64,000 nt of DNA. Source: an uncultured Myxococcales bacterium. GTDB lineage: Bacteria; Myxococcota_A; UBA9160; UBA4427. Shown in pieces: positions 1 through 9,788 of this stretch. Within the stretch, counting starts at the first letter, position 1. Each line of letters opens with the position of its first letter. The notes beneath the pieces were generated by a model that worked only from the letters and a program-made list of their open reading frames with translations, made no database searches and was not told the DNA's origin. A program made the translations under genes and the position numbers. The stretch is from positions 2,687 to 66,686 of the forward strand of contig CBFDDD010000013.1 in assembly GCA_965603475.1 (NCBI GenBank), in the 5' to 3' direction.

Positions 1-649
1 CGACGCTCCCGACCTCTTCGGGCTTGGCAGAACGGCCCATGGGGATCGCTTGCACGAGGCGGTCGACGGTTTCGGTGCCCAGATCGAACAACATGTCGGT
101 CTCGATGGCGCCTGGATGCACCGAGTTCACTCGCACGTTGTACTTCGCCAGCGTGGCCGCGGCGCTCTTGGTCATGCCTCGAACCGCCCATTTGCTGGCC
201 ACATAGGCGATCGCTCGCTGCCCTCGCATGCCGGCGATCGACGATATGTTCACAATGCTGCCTGCGCCCTGCTCCTTCATGAAGGGGGCAACCGCGGCCA
301 TTCCCAGATATGTACCGTGCTGGTTGACCTCGGTGATCAGCCTGAAATTGTCCTCGTTCGCGTCAAGGACGCTGTCGGGCCGAAAGATCCCAGCATTGTT
401 CACGAGACCGTCGATGCGGCCGTGGTCAGAGACGACCTGTTTCACCACGGCCTGCCACTCGCTGGACGAGGTGACGTCGAGGTGGTGGAAGGAGCCACTG
501 ATCTCGCCTGCTATGTCGACGCCGAGATCGTCGAGAACATCAGTGACGATCACGTGCGCTCCGTGTTCGGCAGCCTGGCGGGCCTCCGCCGCGCCCTGCC
601 CTCGGGCGGCGCCCGTGATGAGAATGACCTTGTCGTCGAGTCGACCCAT
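1..649 (-). CDS. short-chain dehydrogenase/reductase (SDR), N-terminal part only; the C-terminus lies beyond the window start
   Basis: Absent from the ORF track because it runs off the edge. Reverse-strand ATG at 649-647 gives MGRLDDKVILITGAARGQGAAEARQ... (TGxxxGxG Rossmann motif). The frame stays open to position 2 (...VDRLVQAIPMGRSAKPEEVGSV). Confidence 0.85.
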   Translation of the reverse strand, partial: MGRLDDKVILITGAARGQGAAEARQAAEHGAHVIVTDVLDDLGVDIAGEISGSFHHLDVTSSSEWQAVVKQVVSDHGRIDGLVNNAGIFRPDSVLDANEDNFRLITEVNQHGTYLGMAAVAPFMKEQGAGSIVNISSIAGMRGQRAIAYVASKWAVRGMTKSAAATLAKYNVRVNSVHPGAIETDMLFDLGTETVDRLVQAIPMGRSAKPEEVGSV

Positions 650-1169
650 CGGTATCTCCTTGCTCGCCCGGGAGGGGCGAGAATACCTCGTTGAGGTGCA
701 TGAGTTGGGTGACCCGACCTAACATCATCGAAGCACCGTCGTAGATGAAGAACCGTGAGTCCCTTCAGAGAATCCCCTCGGCTCTCGTATCGAATCCATC
801 CGGGTGGACAAGATGCCCTCCTTCTGGTTTCGAGGTCGTTGCGCGAATCGCGGCGCGTGCCCGAATCGATGGATCTCCGGATCAGATATTACGGGAGTAC
901 CGAATCCCCGTCTGATGGGACGCGCCCAATTCTGTGGCCAGCGCAAACTCGTCTTCGGAACTCGCTTCGAACCCGAGGATACGCTCTCCAAGCTCGCGCG
1001 TTTGGCGCTCAGAATCGTCCGGTGGTGTGCCAGAACTCGGCTGATCGAAATTCTGAATGAAATCGAATAGTTGCCGCACAGCGGGAACCTCTCGAATCGA
1101 ACGGATGCACGGGAGACTGCGAGAGGTCGGCGTCTGTACGAGGATGTGCGCGTTTTGACTGGACGTTAC

Positions 1170-1181
1170 GAGTAATTACTC
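1170..1181. promoter_or_regulatory. perfect 12-bp palindrome GAGTAATTACTC, candidate MerR operator
   Basis: Lies between TTGACT (1155-1160) and TAGAAT (1183-1188). TAGAAT is 6 nt from the ATG at 1195 and there is no Shine-Dalgarno sequence. Confidence 0.4.
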
Positions 1182-1194
1182 TTAGAATAATCAC

Positions 1195-1977
1195 ATGAAT
1201 TACAAGGTCGAAGAGCTGGCTGTAGCGACCGGCGTCAAGGTCGATACGATCCGGTTCTATCAAGCAAAGAAGCTGATTCCGGCACCCAGCAGGCAGGGTC
1301 GAAACGCCATCTACGGGCCCTCTCATGTGGCCCGTATCCAGCAGATCCGCACGCTGATGAGCGAAGGTTTCAGCCTTGCCCAGATCCAGCGCGTGCCGGG
1401 GCCCGAGGACGGGACGGCCGACCCACAGCGGATTTCGCCCGCCGCGAGCGCCGACGCGCTCCTCCGCGCACTCGCAAAGGAACGCCGCGGTGAAAGCACC
1501 TTTGGCCGCGCCGAACTCGCCAGCCGGGCGGGGGTTCCCGAAGAACTGGTCAGTGCAGCGCAGGCCGCAGGCCTGCTCGAACCCACGGAACGCGATGGCG
1601 AGGAGGTCTTCTCCTCGGTCGATCTCGAGATGCTCGAGAACGGACTTTCGATCCTCGGCGCGGGACTGCCGCTCGGCGAATTCCTCGCCCTCGCGGCCGA
1701 ACACGATCAGAACATCCGCGCTGTCAGTGAACGCGGGATCGATCTGTTCGACGATCACGTGCGCAAGATCGCGACCGATGGCGATGATCCAGAAGTGGTC
1801 GCGCAGGCCTTTCGCGATCTGCTGCCGCGACTCACGCGTCTGGTCGCACTTCACTTTCAACGCACGATCGTGAGCCGCGCCATGGAACGGCTGCGTGCCA
1901 AGGGTGAAGGGCCGGCGCTCGAACGAGCACTCGCAGCGGTCGAAGCCACACATCTGGAGGGAGAATGGCGACGCTGA
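1195..1977 (+). CDS. MerR-family transcriptional regulator
   Basis: N-terminus MNYKVEELAVATGVKVDTIRFYQAKKLIPAPSRQGRNAIYGPSHVARIQQIRTLMSEGFSLAQIQ is a typical MerR HTH plus start of the coiled coil. The gene overlaps menG by 13 nt. Confidence 0.85.
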   Translation: MNYKVEELAVATGVKVDTIRFYQAKKLIPAPSRQGRNAIYGPSHVARIQQIRTLMSEGFSLAQIQRVPGPEDGTADPQRISPAASADALLRALAKERRGESTFGRAELASRAGVPEELVSAAQAAGLLEPTERDGEEVFSSVDLEMLENGLSILGAGLPLGEFLALAAEHDQNIRAVSERGIDLFDDHVRKIATDGDDPEVVAQAFRDLLPRLTRLVALHFQRTIVSRAMERLRAKGEGPALERALAAVEATHLEGEWRR

Positions 1978-2663
1978 AACTGCCGACCGGGCGCGAGAAG
2001 CACACCGCGGTTCAAACCATGTTCGATCGAATCGCGCCGCGCTACGACTTGATGAACCGGCTCGTGAGTCTCGGTCTCGACCAGGGTTGGCGGCGACTCG
2101 CGCTCGACATTGCAGAAGTCGGTCCAGGAGATCGCGTTCTCGATCTCGCGTGCGGGACCGGTGATCTCAGCGAAGCGGCCCAAAAACGTGGCGCGTATGT
2201 CATCGGCGCCGACTTCGCGCGCGAAATGCTGCGCGGAGCGACCCGACGCGGCATCGCTGCGAACTTCGCCAATGCGGACGCAGCCCGGCTACCGATCGCA
2301 AGTGAGCGTATCGACGTCGTGACCTGCGGCTTTGCATTGCGCAACTTCGTCTCCCTGCCCGAAGTGTTTGCCGAAATCGCGCGCGTCCTGAAGCCGGGTG
2401 GCCGAATTGCCTTGATCGATGTCGACCGACCGACCTCCCGCTTCGTGCGCGTCGGTCATTCGCTCTACTTCGACCGGTTCGTTCCCTGGCTCGGTGCACG
2501 ACTCTCCGACGGGGACGCCTACCGATATCTGCCCGCATCCACCGCCTATCTCCCGCCTCCCACGGAACTGTTCGCGATGCTCGACAAAGCGGGCATCCAG
2601 CAGGTCGCGAAGAAGCGCCTGCTCCTGGGTTCTGCCCAGATACTCACGGGGGTGAAGGCGTGA
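1965..2663 (+). CDS. menG: demethylmenaquinone methyltransferase (UbiE/MenG family SAM methyltransferase)
   Basis: FDRIAPRYDLMNRLVSLGLDQGWRR and the SAM motif VLDLACGTGDL. It is the first biosynthetic gene of the men operon. Confidence 0.9.
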   Translation: MATLKLPTGREKHTAVQTMFDRIAPRYDLMNRLVSLGLDQGWRRLALDIAEVGPGDRVLDLACGTGDLSEAAQKRGAYVIGADFAREMLRGATRRGIAANFANADAARLPIASERIDVVTCGFALRNFVSLPEVFAEIARVLKPGGRIALIDVDRPTSRFVRVGHSLYFDRFVPWLGARLSDGDAYRYLPASTAYLPPPTELFAMLDKAGIQQVAKKRLLLGSAQILTGVKA

Positions 2664-4135
2664 TGTCGCTGCTTCGGAGTACGAACGAACTGCGCGAGCT
2701 CTTGCACACGCCCCTCGAAGCCGTCGCTGCACGGGCGGCCGACACCGGAAAGCAGCACTATTTTTCTGCGCGCTGGAGGATCGACCCTCGCGACCTGCTG
2801 ATGGATTTTCTTGCGGCCACGACGTGCGACGCGTTTCTTTGGCAGGAACCTTCACGGGGTGTTTCGCTGCTTGGACTGGGGCGCGTCGAAGTGATCGAGG
2901 CCATGGGCCGCGATCGCTTCGAGCGGGCTTCTGCCCTTGCACGGGATGTGTTCGAACGCATGGAGCGGATCACGCTCGACGACGACCCGCGGGTCGAAGA
3001 TTCCGTCGGCCCTCTTCTCGTCGGTGGATTCGGCTTCTACGATCGGGAGACCGACCCGGAAAGCGAATGGGCCGGCCTCGGACCCGGACGTCTCGTCCTG
3101 CCGGCGCTGACGATTTCAGGCCGCCCGGACGCGACGTGGCTGACGCGCTGTTGCGCCGTCGAACCCGGCGATGATGTCGCAGTGCTGCTCGAACGGCTTT
3201 GCAGTTCGCTCACGGATGAACCACAAACGTCGAACTGCGCGTCAGCGGCCCTGTACCGCGATCCAGGTCGCAGTCTGGGCGATGGGGCGCGCGGTCCCGA
3301 GATTCGCGTGCAGTCCGACCGCACCCACGGTCGCTACGTGGCCCAGGTGGAAGCCGCGCTCGAGGCCATCGAAGCCGGAAAGATCGAGAAGGTCGTAGTC
3401 GCGCGCTCGCTCCGGGTCGCGGCCGAAGAGGATTTCGACCTGCATGCCTTCCTTGCAGCGTTGTGCGACATCTATCCATCGTGCGCCACCGTTGCGGTGC
3501 GAGAGGGAGAGCATCTTTTCATCTGTGCGACTCCCGAGCGTCTGGTCTCCCTCGACGGCGATGCGGTTCGGACTGCTGCGATCGCCGGCTCGGCGCCCAG
3601 GGGGCGCAGTCCCCAAGAAGAGAAGAGTTTCAGCGATGCGTTGCTCGGTAGCGAGAAAGAACGAGACGAACACGAGGTCGTCAAACGGGCAATTCGCGCG
3701 GCACTGCGGGATGTGTGCGGCGAGCTCGCAGGCCCTTCGAAGCCGGCGTTGCTCAAACTCGATGGCATACAACATCTCGAGACTCAGCTTGCAGGTTGCT
3801 TGAATGACGATGCGCGCGAGCACACGAGCCTGCTCGAACTCGTCGGGCGTTTACATCCCACTCCAGCAGTAGGGGGCGCACCCAGCGCGGCGGCGCTCGA
3901 CTGGCTCGAGTGTTTCGAAGATCTCGATCGCGGCTGGTACGCGGGTCCGATCGGTTACGTCGACGCGGCGGGGGATGGCGAGTTTCGCGTGGCACTGCGT
4001 TCGGCGCTGCTACGCGGTCGCGTCGCCCGGTTGTTCGCCGGTGCCGGCATCGTCGTGGGATCCGACCCGGGACGCGAACTCGCCGAGACTCGACTCAAAT
4101 TGCGCGCCCTACTCGCACCTCTGACCGAGATCTAG
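2660..4135 (+). CDS. menF: isochorismate synthase
   Basis: C-terminal chorismate-binding signature LHPTPAVGGAP...GWYAGPIGYVD..GDGEFRVALRSAL. The start is GTG 2660 or ATG 2663, overlapping the menG stop. Confidence 0.9.
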   Translation: MMSLLRSTNELRELLHTPLEAVAARAADTGKQHYFSARWRIDPRDLLMDFLAATTCDAFLWQEPSRGVSLLGLGRVEVIEAMGRDRFERASALARDVFERMERITLDDDPRVEDSVGPLLVGGFGFYDRETDPESEWAGLGPGRLVLPALTISGRPDATWLTRCCAVEPGDDVAVLLERLCSSLTDEPQTSNCASAALYRDPGRSLGDGARGPEIRVQSDRTHGRYVAQVEAALEAIEAGKIEKVVVARSLRVAAEEDFDLHAFLAALCDIYPSCATVAVREGEHLFICATPERLVSLDGDAVRTAAIAGSAPRGRSPQEEKSFSDALLGSEKERDEHEVVKRAIRAALRDVCGELAGPSKPALLKLDGIQHLETQLAGCLNDDAREHTSLLELVGRLHPTPAVGGAPSAAALDWLECFEDLDRGWYAGPIGYVDAAGDGEFRVALRSALLRGRVARLFAGAGIVVGSDPGRELAETRLKLRALLAPLTEI

Positions 4136-5998
4136 ATGAGCGTTCCCGCTGCGCAGATATCCGCGGTTCCCGACGTCGCTTCGGCACCCAACGCCACGTA
4201 TGCATTTCTGCGCGCGTTCTTCGAGGAACTCCAGCGCTCCGGAGTCGAGCACGTCTGCGTTTCTCCCGGCTCGCGCTCGACACCCTTGGCAGTGACCGCC
4301 GCGAGCGTGGACGGCCTACTCATCTGGTCGCAGCTTGACGAACGCGCTGCCGCCTTCTTTGCGCTCGGTCTCGCCAAGGCGAGCCGCGCTCCGGTCGCGC
4401 TGGTCTGCACGTCGGGCACCGCGCTCGCAAACTACGCGCCGGCGGTGATCGAAGCCCACTACGCCGGCGTTCCGTTGATCGTGCTGAGCGCCGACCGTCC
4501 GCCCGAACTACGCGAATGGGGCGCGGGCCAGACGATCGATCAGCCGAAGCTCTTTGGCGCGCAGGTCCGCTACTTCGCCGAACTCCCTATCCCCACGGCG
4601 GGCAGTCGCATGCTTCGCTATGCGCGTGCGATGGCCTGTCGTGCCGTCGGTGAGTCTGTCGGCGCGTCGCCGGGTCCCGTGCATCTCAACTGGCCCCTGC
4701 GCGAACCCCTCGAGCCGTCGGTCGATCCGACGGCAAGCGATTGGGCCGATGGCGACGCCGTCGCCGAGCGGGGACGTGCGAACGGTCAACCCTACGCCCA
4801 CACGGTCCACGAAGCTTCGCGTGCTTCGGTCGCCGTGATCGAGGCGCTCGCTACAGCATTCTCCCATACGGAGCGCGGTGTCATCGCTTGTGGGATGCTC
4901 GACGAACCCGAATTCGCCGATGCCGTAGCGCGCCTCGCGCGAAGACTGGGCTGGCCGATTCTCGCTGAACCGATCTCCAACGTGCGCAGCGGGTCACACG
5001 TCGAATCCGCGCCGGTTCTTGCGGGCTACGACCTTTTCTTGCGCGACGTCGAATTCCAGGCGAACCATCAACCGGAAGTCGTGCTTCGTTTCGGCGGTAC
5101 ACCGACCTGCAAGGCCTTTCGCCTCTGGCTCGAAGCCACACCGCCCGATCGCATGGTGGTGGTGAGCGGGGACGGAGATTGGAACGAGCCTTCCCATCTC
5201 ACATCGGATTTCATCGTCGCCGATCCGACAGCGTTCTGTCTCGAACTCACCGCTGCGCTCGAACGGCTCGGTACCGATCCACGTCAGGGAGGGCAGAGAG
5301 GTCAGGCAAAATGGACCTCGAGCTTCCTCGCCGCGGAGGCGCGAGTCCAGGCGGTACTCGACTCCGAACTGGGCGCCAACCCGACACTCTTCGAACCGCG
5401 CGCGACGCGAACACTGAGCGAGTCCCTCCCCGAGGATTCGATTCTCTACGTCTCGAATAGCATGCCGGTGCGCGATCTCGACGCCTTCATGCCGACTCGG
5501 CAGTCTCGGCTGCGCGTGCTTGCCAACCGGGGCGCGAACGGGATCGACGGCATGGTGTCGAGCGCACTCGGTGCCGCAGCCTCCGGACAGGGGCGCGTGT
5601 TCCTCCTGACGGGGGATCTCGCGTTTCTGTACGACATCGGCGGGCTGCTGGCCGCACGTCGCTATCCGCTGAAAGCGACGATCGTCGTCTTCAACAACGA
5701 CGGCGGGGGGATCTTCTCCTTTCTCCCCATCGCCCAGTACGGTGAAGCGGTTCGCTTCGACGAACTCTTCAACACGCCACACGGCGTCGACCTTTCGGCT
5801 GCCGCGTCGCTGTATGGCTTGCATCATACCTGCGTGGCGAATTTCGACGAGTACGAGGCTGCCATCAACAAGTCGCTTTCCGAATCGGGTGTGAGCGTCA
5901 TCGAGGTGCCGATCGACGGAGAGGCGAATCGCGATCACTTCCGAGCTCTCGTGACCGCAGTCCAGGAATCACTTTGCGTCAATGGAGAGGCACAGTGA
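4136..5998 (+). CDS. menD: 2-succinyl-5-enolpyruvyl-6-hydroxy-3-cyclohexene-1-carboxylate (SEPHCHC) synthase, ThDP-dependent
   Basis: 620 aa. N-terminus FFEELQRSGVEHVCVSPGSRSTPLA and the ThDP motif GDLAFLYDIGGL...NNDGGGIFS. Operon context also supports the call. Confidence 0.95.
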   Translation: MSVPAAQISAVPDVASAPNATYAFLRAFFEELQRSGVEHVCVSPGSRSTPLAVTAASVDGLLIWSQLDERAAAFFALGLAKASRAPVALVCTSGTALANYAPAVIEAHYAGVPLIVLSADRPPELREWGAGQTIDQPKLFGAQVRYFAELPIPTAGSRMLRYARAMACRAVGESVGASPGPVHLNWPLREPLEPSVDPTASDWADGDAVAERGRANGQPYAHTVHEASRASVAVIEALATAFSHTERGVIACGMLDEPEFADAVARLARRLGWPILAEPISNVRSGSHVESAPVLAGYDLFLRDVEFQANHQPEVVLRFGGTPTCKAFRLWLEATPPDRMVVVSGDGDWNEPSHLTSDFIVADPTAFCLELTAALERLGTDPRQGGQRGQAKWTSSFLAAEARVQAVLDSELGANPTLFEPRATRTLSESLPEDSILYVSNSMPVRDLDAFMPTRQSRLRVLANRGANGIDGMVSSALGAAASGQGRVFLLTGDLAFLYDIGGLLAARRYPLKATIVVFNNDGGGIFSFLPIAQYGEAVRFDELFNTPHGVDLSAAASLYGLHHTCVANFDEYEAAINKSLSESGVSVIEVPIDGEANRDHFRALVTAVQESLCVNGEAQ

Positions 5999-6897
5999 AC
6001 CGGGTGCATTCGAAATTTGTCGAGGCGGGCGACGTGCTAATCCATGCGCGCGTCGTAACCTGCGCCGCAACCGACGCAACGCCGGTGGTGATCCTGCACG
6101 GATTCACGGGTTCGACAGAAAGCATGCGCGAAGTCGTCGCACAACTATGCCAGACCCGAACGACCGTCTGCATCGATCTGGTGGGCCACGGCCGCAGCGA
6201 CGCACCTGAAGACGTGGCGCGCTATTCGATGGAGTCGTGCATCGATCAACTCGCCGAGGTGATCGAATCGCTCGGGCTCGACCGACCCCACCTCCTCGGC
6301 TACTCGATGGGCGGGCGCACGGCCCTCACGTTCTGCACTCGATACCCCGATCGAGCGCGTTCCGCGCTGCTGGTCGGCGCGAGCGCGGGCTTCGCAGATC
6401 CCGAAGCGCGCCGTGCGCGCGTCACCGACGACGAGTCGCTCGCCGACCGCCTGCTCGAAGTCGGTCTCGAAGCCTTCATCGACGAGTGGATGGCCAAGCC
6501 AATCTTCGTCAGCCAGACTCGGCTCGGTGTAGTCGCGCTCGAGCGCTCTCGCACCCAGCGTCTGGGCAATCGCCCTCACGGTCTGGCCCAGAGTCTGCGC
6601 GGCATGGGAACCGGGGCGATGCCGCCCATCGATCTCACCTTTCTCAAGCTGCCGACCTGCTTCGTGGCGGGCGCAGAGGACGAGAAGTTCATCGCGCTTG
6701 CACGCAGCTATGGCGACCGCATCGACAATGCCCAGATCGAGATCATTGACGAAGCAGGCCACGCGGCCCATCTCGAAAACCCCGAAGCCTTCGGTCGTAT
6801 CGCTCGCGAATTCTTCGCGAGAGTCGACGCGTCCACTGACTGCCCGCGGCGCGAGCCTCGGCAATCCTCCCCGCGAGACCTCAACCCTCGCCAATAA
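5995..6897 (+). CDS. menH: SHCHC synthase, alpha/beta hydrolase
   Basis: [10 protein letters not shown] and the nucleophile elbow GYSMGG. GTG 5995 forms a GTGA overlap with the menD stop. The track ORF starts at 5974. Position between menD and menB fits menH. Confidence 0.8.
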   Translation: MNRVHSKFVEAGDVLIHARVVTCAATDATPVVILHGFTGSTESMREVVAQLCQTRTTVCIDLVGHGRSDAPEDVARYSMESCIDQLAEVIESLGLDRPHLLGYSMGGRTALTFCTRYPDRARSALLVGASAGFADPEARRARVTDDESLADRLLEVGLEAFIDEWMAKPIFVSQTRLGVVALERSRTQRLGNRPHGLAQSLRGMGTGAMPPIDLTFLKLPTCFVAGAEDEKFIALARSYGDRIDNAQIEIIDEAGHAAHLENPEAFGRIAREFFARVDASTDCPRREPRQSSPRDLNPRQ

Positions 6898-6907
6898 AGG
6901 AAAGAAC

Positions 6908-7735
6908 ATGAGCAGTGAAAACTGGAAAGTCGTCAAGGAATTTCAGGACATCAAATACGAGAAGCTCGACGATGGAATCGCGAAAATCACGATCAACCGG
7001 CCCCACGTCCGCAATGCGTTCCGCCCCGAGACCACCAAGGAACTGATCGAAGCCTTTATGCACGTGCGTGAGGACTCGAGCGTTGGCTGCATCCTGTTCA
7101 CCGGCGAAGGCGACAAGGCGTTCTGTTCGGGTGGCGACCAGAGCGTGCGCGGACATGCGGGTTATGTCGGCGAGGATGACGGGGTCGCGCGGCTCAACAT
7201 CCTGGACGTGCAGCGTCTGATCCGCACCATGCCCAAGCCCGTGATCGCACTGGTGGCCGGCTACGCGATCGGCGGTGGTCACGTTCTCCACGTGGTCTGC
7301 GATCTGACGATCGCCGCGGAGAACGCCCGCTTCGGCCAGACGGGCGCCAAGGTGGGCAGCTTCGATGCCGGATTCGGTACTTCGTACCTCGCCCGCGTCG
7401 TCGGTCAGAAGAAGGCTCGCGAAATCTGGTTCACCTGCCGCCAGTACGACGCACAGCAAGCCCTCGACATGGGGCTCGTCAACGACGTCGTGCCGGGCGA
7501 GGAACTCGAAGCCGCGGGACTCGTGATGGCGCGTGAGATCGTGAGTATGAGCCCGACCGCGATTCGCTGTCTCAAGAGCGCGTTCAACGCCGACTGCGAC
7601 GGCCAGGCGGGGATCCAGGAACTTGCGGGCAATGCCACGATGCTCTTCTACATGAACGAAGAAGCCCAGGAAGGACGCAACGCCTTCATGGAGAAACGCA
7701 AGCCCGATTTCTCGCGCTTCCCCTGGAGGCCCTGA
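6908..7735 (+). CDS. menB: 1,4-dihydroxy-2-naphthoyl-CoA synthase (crotonase fold)
   Basis: From ATG 6908 the protein reads [40 protein letters not shown]...FCSGGDQ...[11 protein letters not shown]. The track ORF begins upstream at 6698, inside menH. Confidence 0.95.
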   Translation: MSSENWKVVKEFQDIKYEKLDDGIAKITINRPHVRNAFRPETTKELIEAFMHVREDSSVGCILFTGEGDKAFCSGGDQSVRGHAGYVGEDDGVARLNILDVQRLIRTMPKPVIALVAGYAIGGGHVLHVVCDLTIAAENARFGQTGAKVGSFDAGFGTSYLARVVGQKKAREIWFTCRQYDAQQALDMGLVNDVVPGEELEAAGLVMAREIVSMSPTAIRCLKSAFNADCDGQAGIQELAGNATMLFYMNEEAQEGRNAFMEKRKPDFSRFPWRP

Positions 7736-7738
7736 TCG

Positions 7739-8647
7739 ATGGGTGCCCTTCCGATCGAAGCGCCGGTCGCCTTCGACTGGCGCGCCTGGCTGCTGGCGGC
7801 GCGGCCGCGAACCCTCGCCGTCGCGCTCGGCCCGATTGCAGTGGGGACCGCCGTGGCCTCGGGCGATGGCGGTGCCCGCCTGATGCCCGCCCTCGCTGCG
7901 CTGGTGGGCGCGGTGTTGCTGCAGCTCGGTTCAAACTTCGCAAACGACGTCTACGACTTCGAGAAGGGTGCGGACACCGACGCACGAGTGGGACCTGCCC
8001 GCGCCACACAACTCGGCTTGCTCACTCCCGAGCAGATGAAGCGCGGCATGTGGGCGGTCTTCGCCGCCGCGACGATCGTCGGCTCTTATCTCGTGGCGGT
8101 CGCGGGTTGGCCGATTGTCTGGATCGGGCTGGCTTCGATCCTCGCGGCAATCGCCTATACCGGGGGCCCGTGGCCATTCGGCTACCACGGTCTCGGCGAT
8201 CCGATGGTGTTCCTGTTCTTCGGCGTGATCGCCGTGATGGGCACGATGTATGTCCAGACCCTCGATGCGACCGCTGCGGCATTGCTGGCCTCCTTGCCCG
8301 TCGGGGCCCTCGCAACCGCGACGCTGGTCGTCAACAATGTGCGCGATCGCGAAACCGACCTCGTGGCCGGCAAGCGAACCCTCGCCGTTCGACTCGGGGA
8401 TCGCGGTGGGCGAATCGAGTACGTGCTGCTCGTCGCGTCCGCCTACGGGATGTTGCCGGTCTTCTACCTTGCGTGTGAGCGGTCGGCGGCCGTCTTCCTG
8501 CCTCTGCTCACCATACCCATCGCCTATCGACTGCTCGATCGCGTGTTCCGCCATCGGGACGCTGCAAGTTTGAATGCGGCACTCGGCGGAACGGCTCAGC
8601 TCGGCCTGTTCTACTCGCTCTTGCTCGCGCTCGGCTGGTGGATCTGA
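7739..8647 (+). CDS. menA: 1,4-dihydroxy-2-naphthoate polyprenyltransferase (UbiA family)
   Basis: Polytopic membrane protein with NFANDVYDFEKGADT and NNVRDRETD Asp-rich motifs. Confidence 0.9.
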   Translation: MGALPIEAPVAFDWRAWLLAARPRTLAVALGPIAVGTAVASGDGGARLMPALAALVGAVLLQLGSNFANDVYDFEKGADTDARVGPARATQLGLLTPEQMKRGMWAVFAAATIVGSYLVAVAGWPIVWIGLASILAAIAYTGGPWPFGYHGLGDPMVFLFFGVIAVMGTMYVQTLDATAAALLASLPVGALATATLVVNNVRDRETDLVAGKRTLAVRLGDRGGRIEYVLLVASAYGMLPVFYLACERSAAVFLPLLTIPIAYRLLDRVFRHRDAASLNAALGGTAQLGLFYSLLLALGWWI

Positions 8648-8654
8648 GACGCAG

Positions 8655-9788
8655 ATGAAGGTCGTTCGCGGAAAGCTGATCCCGATCCGGTTGCCGCTTG
8701 CGCGTCCGATCATCAGCGCACACGGAATCGTGACAGCGCGCGAGTGCACTCTACTGAAACTCGAAACCGACGTCGGGCTCGTGGGATGCGGTGAAGCTTC
8801 GCCATATCCAGGTTTCGGCAACGAGACGACCGCGAGTGCGCGCGCGGCACTCGAGCGCGCAGTCGAGGATTCAATCGGCTGGGAGGTCGACGTGGCGCTC
8901 GCCCGCGAAGCGCCGAATTCGCTGGCCGCCCGTGGTGCACTCGAAACCGCGCTCCTCGAATTGCAGTCGAAAGCGCGGGGGGTTTCGCTTTGCGAGAGGC
9001 TTTCCACGGGTAGCGCCCACTCAGTCCGGAAGATCCAATGCAACGTCCTCGTCTCGGGAGAAGATCCCGTCGAGGTCGCGCGGGAAGCCGCATCAGCGAA
9101 GGCCCGGGGATTCGAAACCTTCAAACTCAAGGTCGGTGCCCTCACGGTCGAGCGAGATCGTTTGCGCGCGGCTGCCTTGCGCGATGCCGTTGGGCCCGAC
9201 GCGAAGATACGGCTCGATGCCAATCAGGCGTATTGCGAAAGCGAAGCCGCCGACGCGATCGCGGCCTTTGCCCCGTTCGAAATCGAATACCTCGAGCAGC
9301 CCGTGGCGGCCGCGGACATCGACGCAATGGCATCGGTACGCGCGAAATCACCGATCCCCCTGGCCGCAGACGAAGCGGCGATCGGTCTCGACGACGTGCG
9401 GCGGCTCATCGCGCGCGAGGCCGCGGACGTGATCATCATCAAACCGGGGGCCGCGGGCGGACCGCGGGCAGCCTTGAGCATTGCGCGGGAGGCGCGCCAC
9501 GCGGGACTCGATCTGGTCGTGACTTCCATCATCGATTCCGCGGTCGGTGTCGCGACCGCGCTCCACGTGGCCGCGGCAATCGCCAACGAAGGCAGCCTAC
9601 GAGCGTGCGGGCTTGCGACCACAGGGCTATTTGAATTCAACGTCGCGTCTCTCGGCGCTCCGATTGGTGGCAGGATGCAAGTGCCGCGCGGCCTCGGACT
9701 CGGACTAGGACTAGGACTCGGCATCGAAGAGGACCCCTCGCTGCTCGCACAGTGCCAGGACGAGCCGATGATCGAGATCGACCGGTGA
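8655..9788 (+). CDS. menC: o-succinylbenzoate synthase (enolase superfamily)
   Basis: From ATG 8655: MKVVRGKLIPIRLPLARPIISAHG..., then FKLKVG, IRLDANQAY and IEYLEQP metal-ligand blocks. Confidence 0.85.
   Translation: MKVVRGKLIPIRLPLARPIISAHGIVTARECTLLKLETDVGLVGCGEASPYPGFGNETTASARAALERAVEDSIGWEVDVALAREAPNSLAARGALETALLELQSKARGVSLCERLSTGSAHSVRKIQCNVLVSGEDPVEVAREAASAKARGFETFKLKVGALTVERDRLRAAALRDAVGPDAKIRLDANQAYCESEAADAIAAFAPFEIEYLEQPVAAADIDAMASVRAKSPIPLAADEAAIGLDDVRRLIAREAADVIIIKPGAAGGPRAALSIAREARHAGLDLVVTSIIDSAVGVATALHVAAAIANEGSLRACGLATTGLFEFNVASLGAPIGGRMQVPRGLGLGLGLGLGIEEDPSLLAQCQDEPMIEIDR
9690..9722 (+). repeat. hexanucleotide microsatellite (GGMCTN)x5.5 encoding GLGLGLGLGLG inside menC
   Basis: ggc ctc gga ctc gga cta gga cta gga ctc ggc, read directly in the menC frame. 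Confidence 0.9.

Noticed and set aside
882-1079. 65-aa minus-strand ORF (MRQLFDFIQNFDQPSSGTPPDDSERQTRELGERILGFEASSEDEF...) in the 545-bp gap between the SDR and MerR genes
   Set aside because: Codon bias is compatible with coding, but it has a GTG start, no SD and no family recognised, and equally long ORFs overlap it on the other strand. Left uncalled.
1155-1188. TTGACT-N22-TAGAAT as a classical MerR-type distorted promoter
   Set aside because: MerR-activated promoters have 19-20 bp spacers. Twenty-two bp is outside that range, so I report only the palindrome and the TAGAAT box and do not claim the activation mechanism.
1009-1953. 314-aa minus-strand ORF covering the MerR gene
   Set aside because: It is antisense to a well-supported MerR CDS and resembles no family I recognise. 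It looks like a typical shadow ORF of GC-rich DNA.
7931-9223. 430-aa minus-strand ORF across menA/menC
   Set aside because: It is antisense to two motif-supported men genes, and its sequence is Ser/Arg/Ala-rich low complexity.
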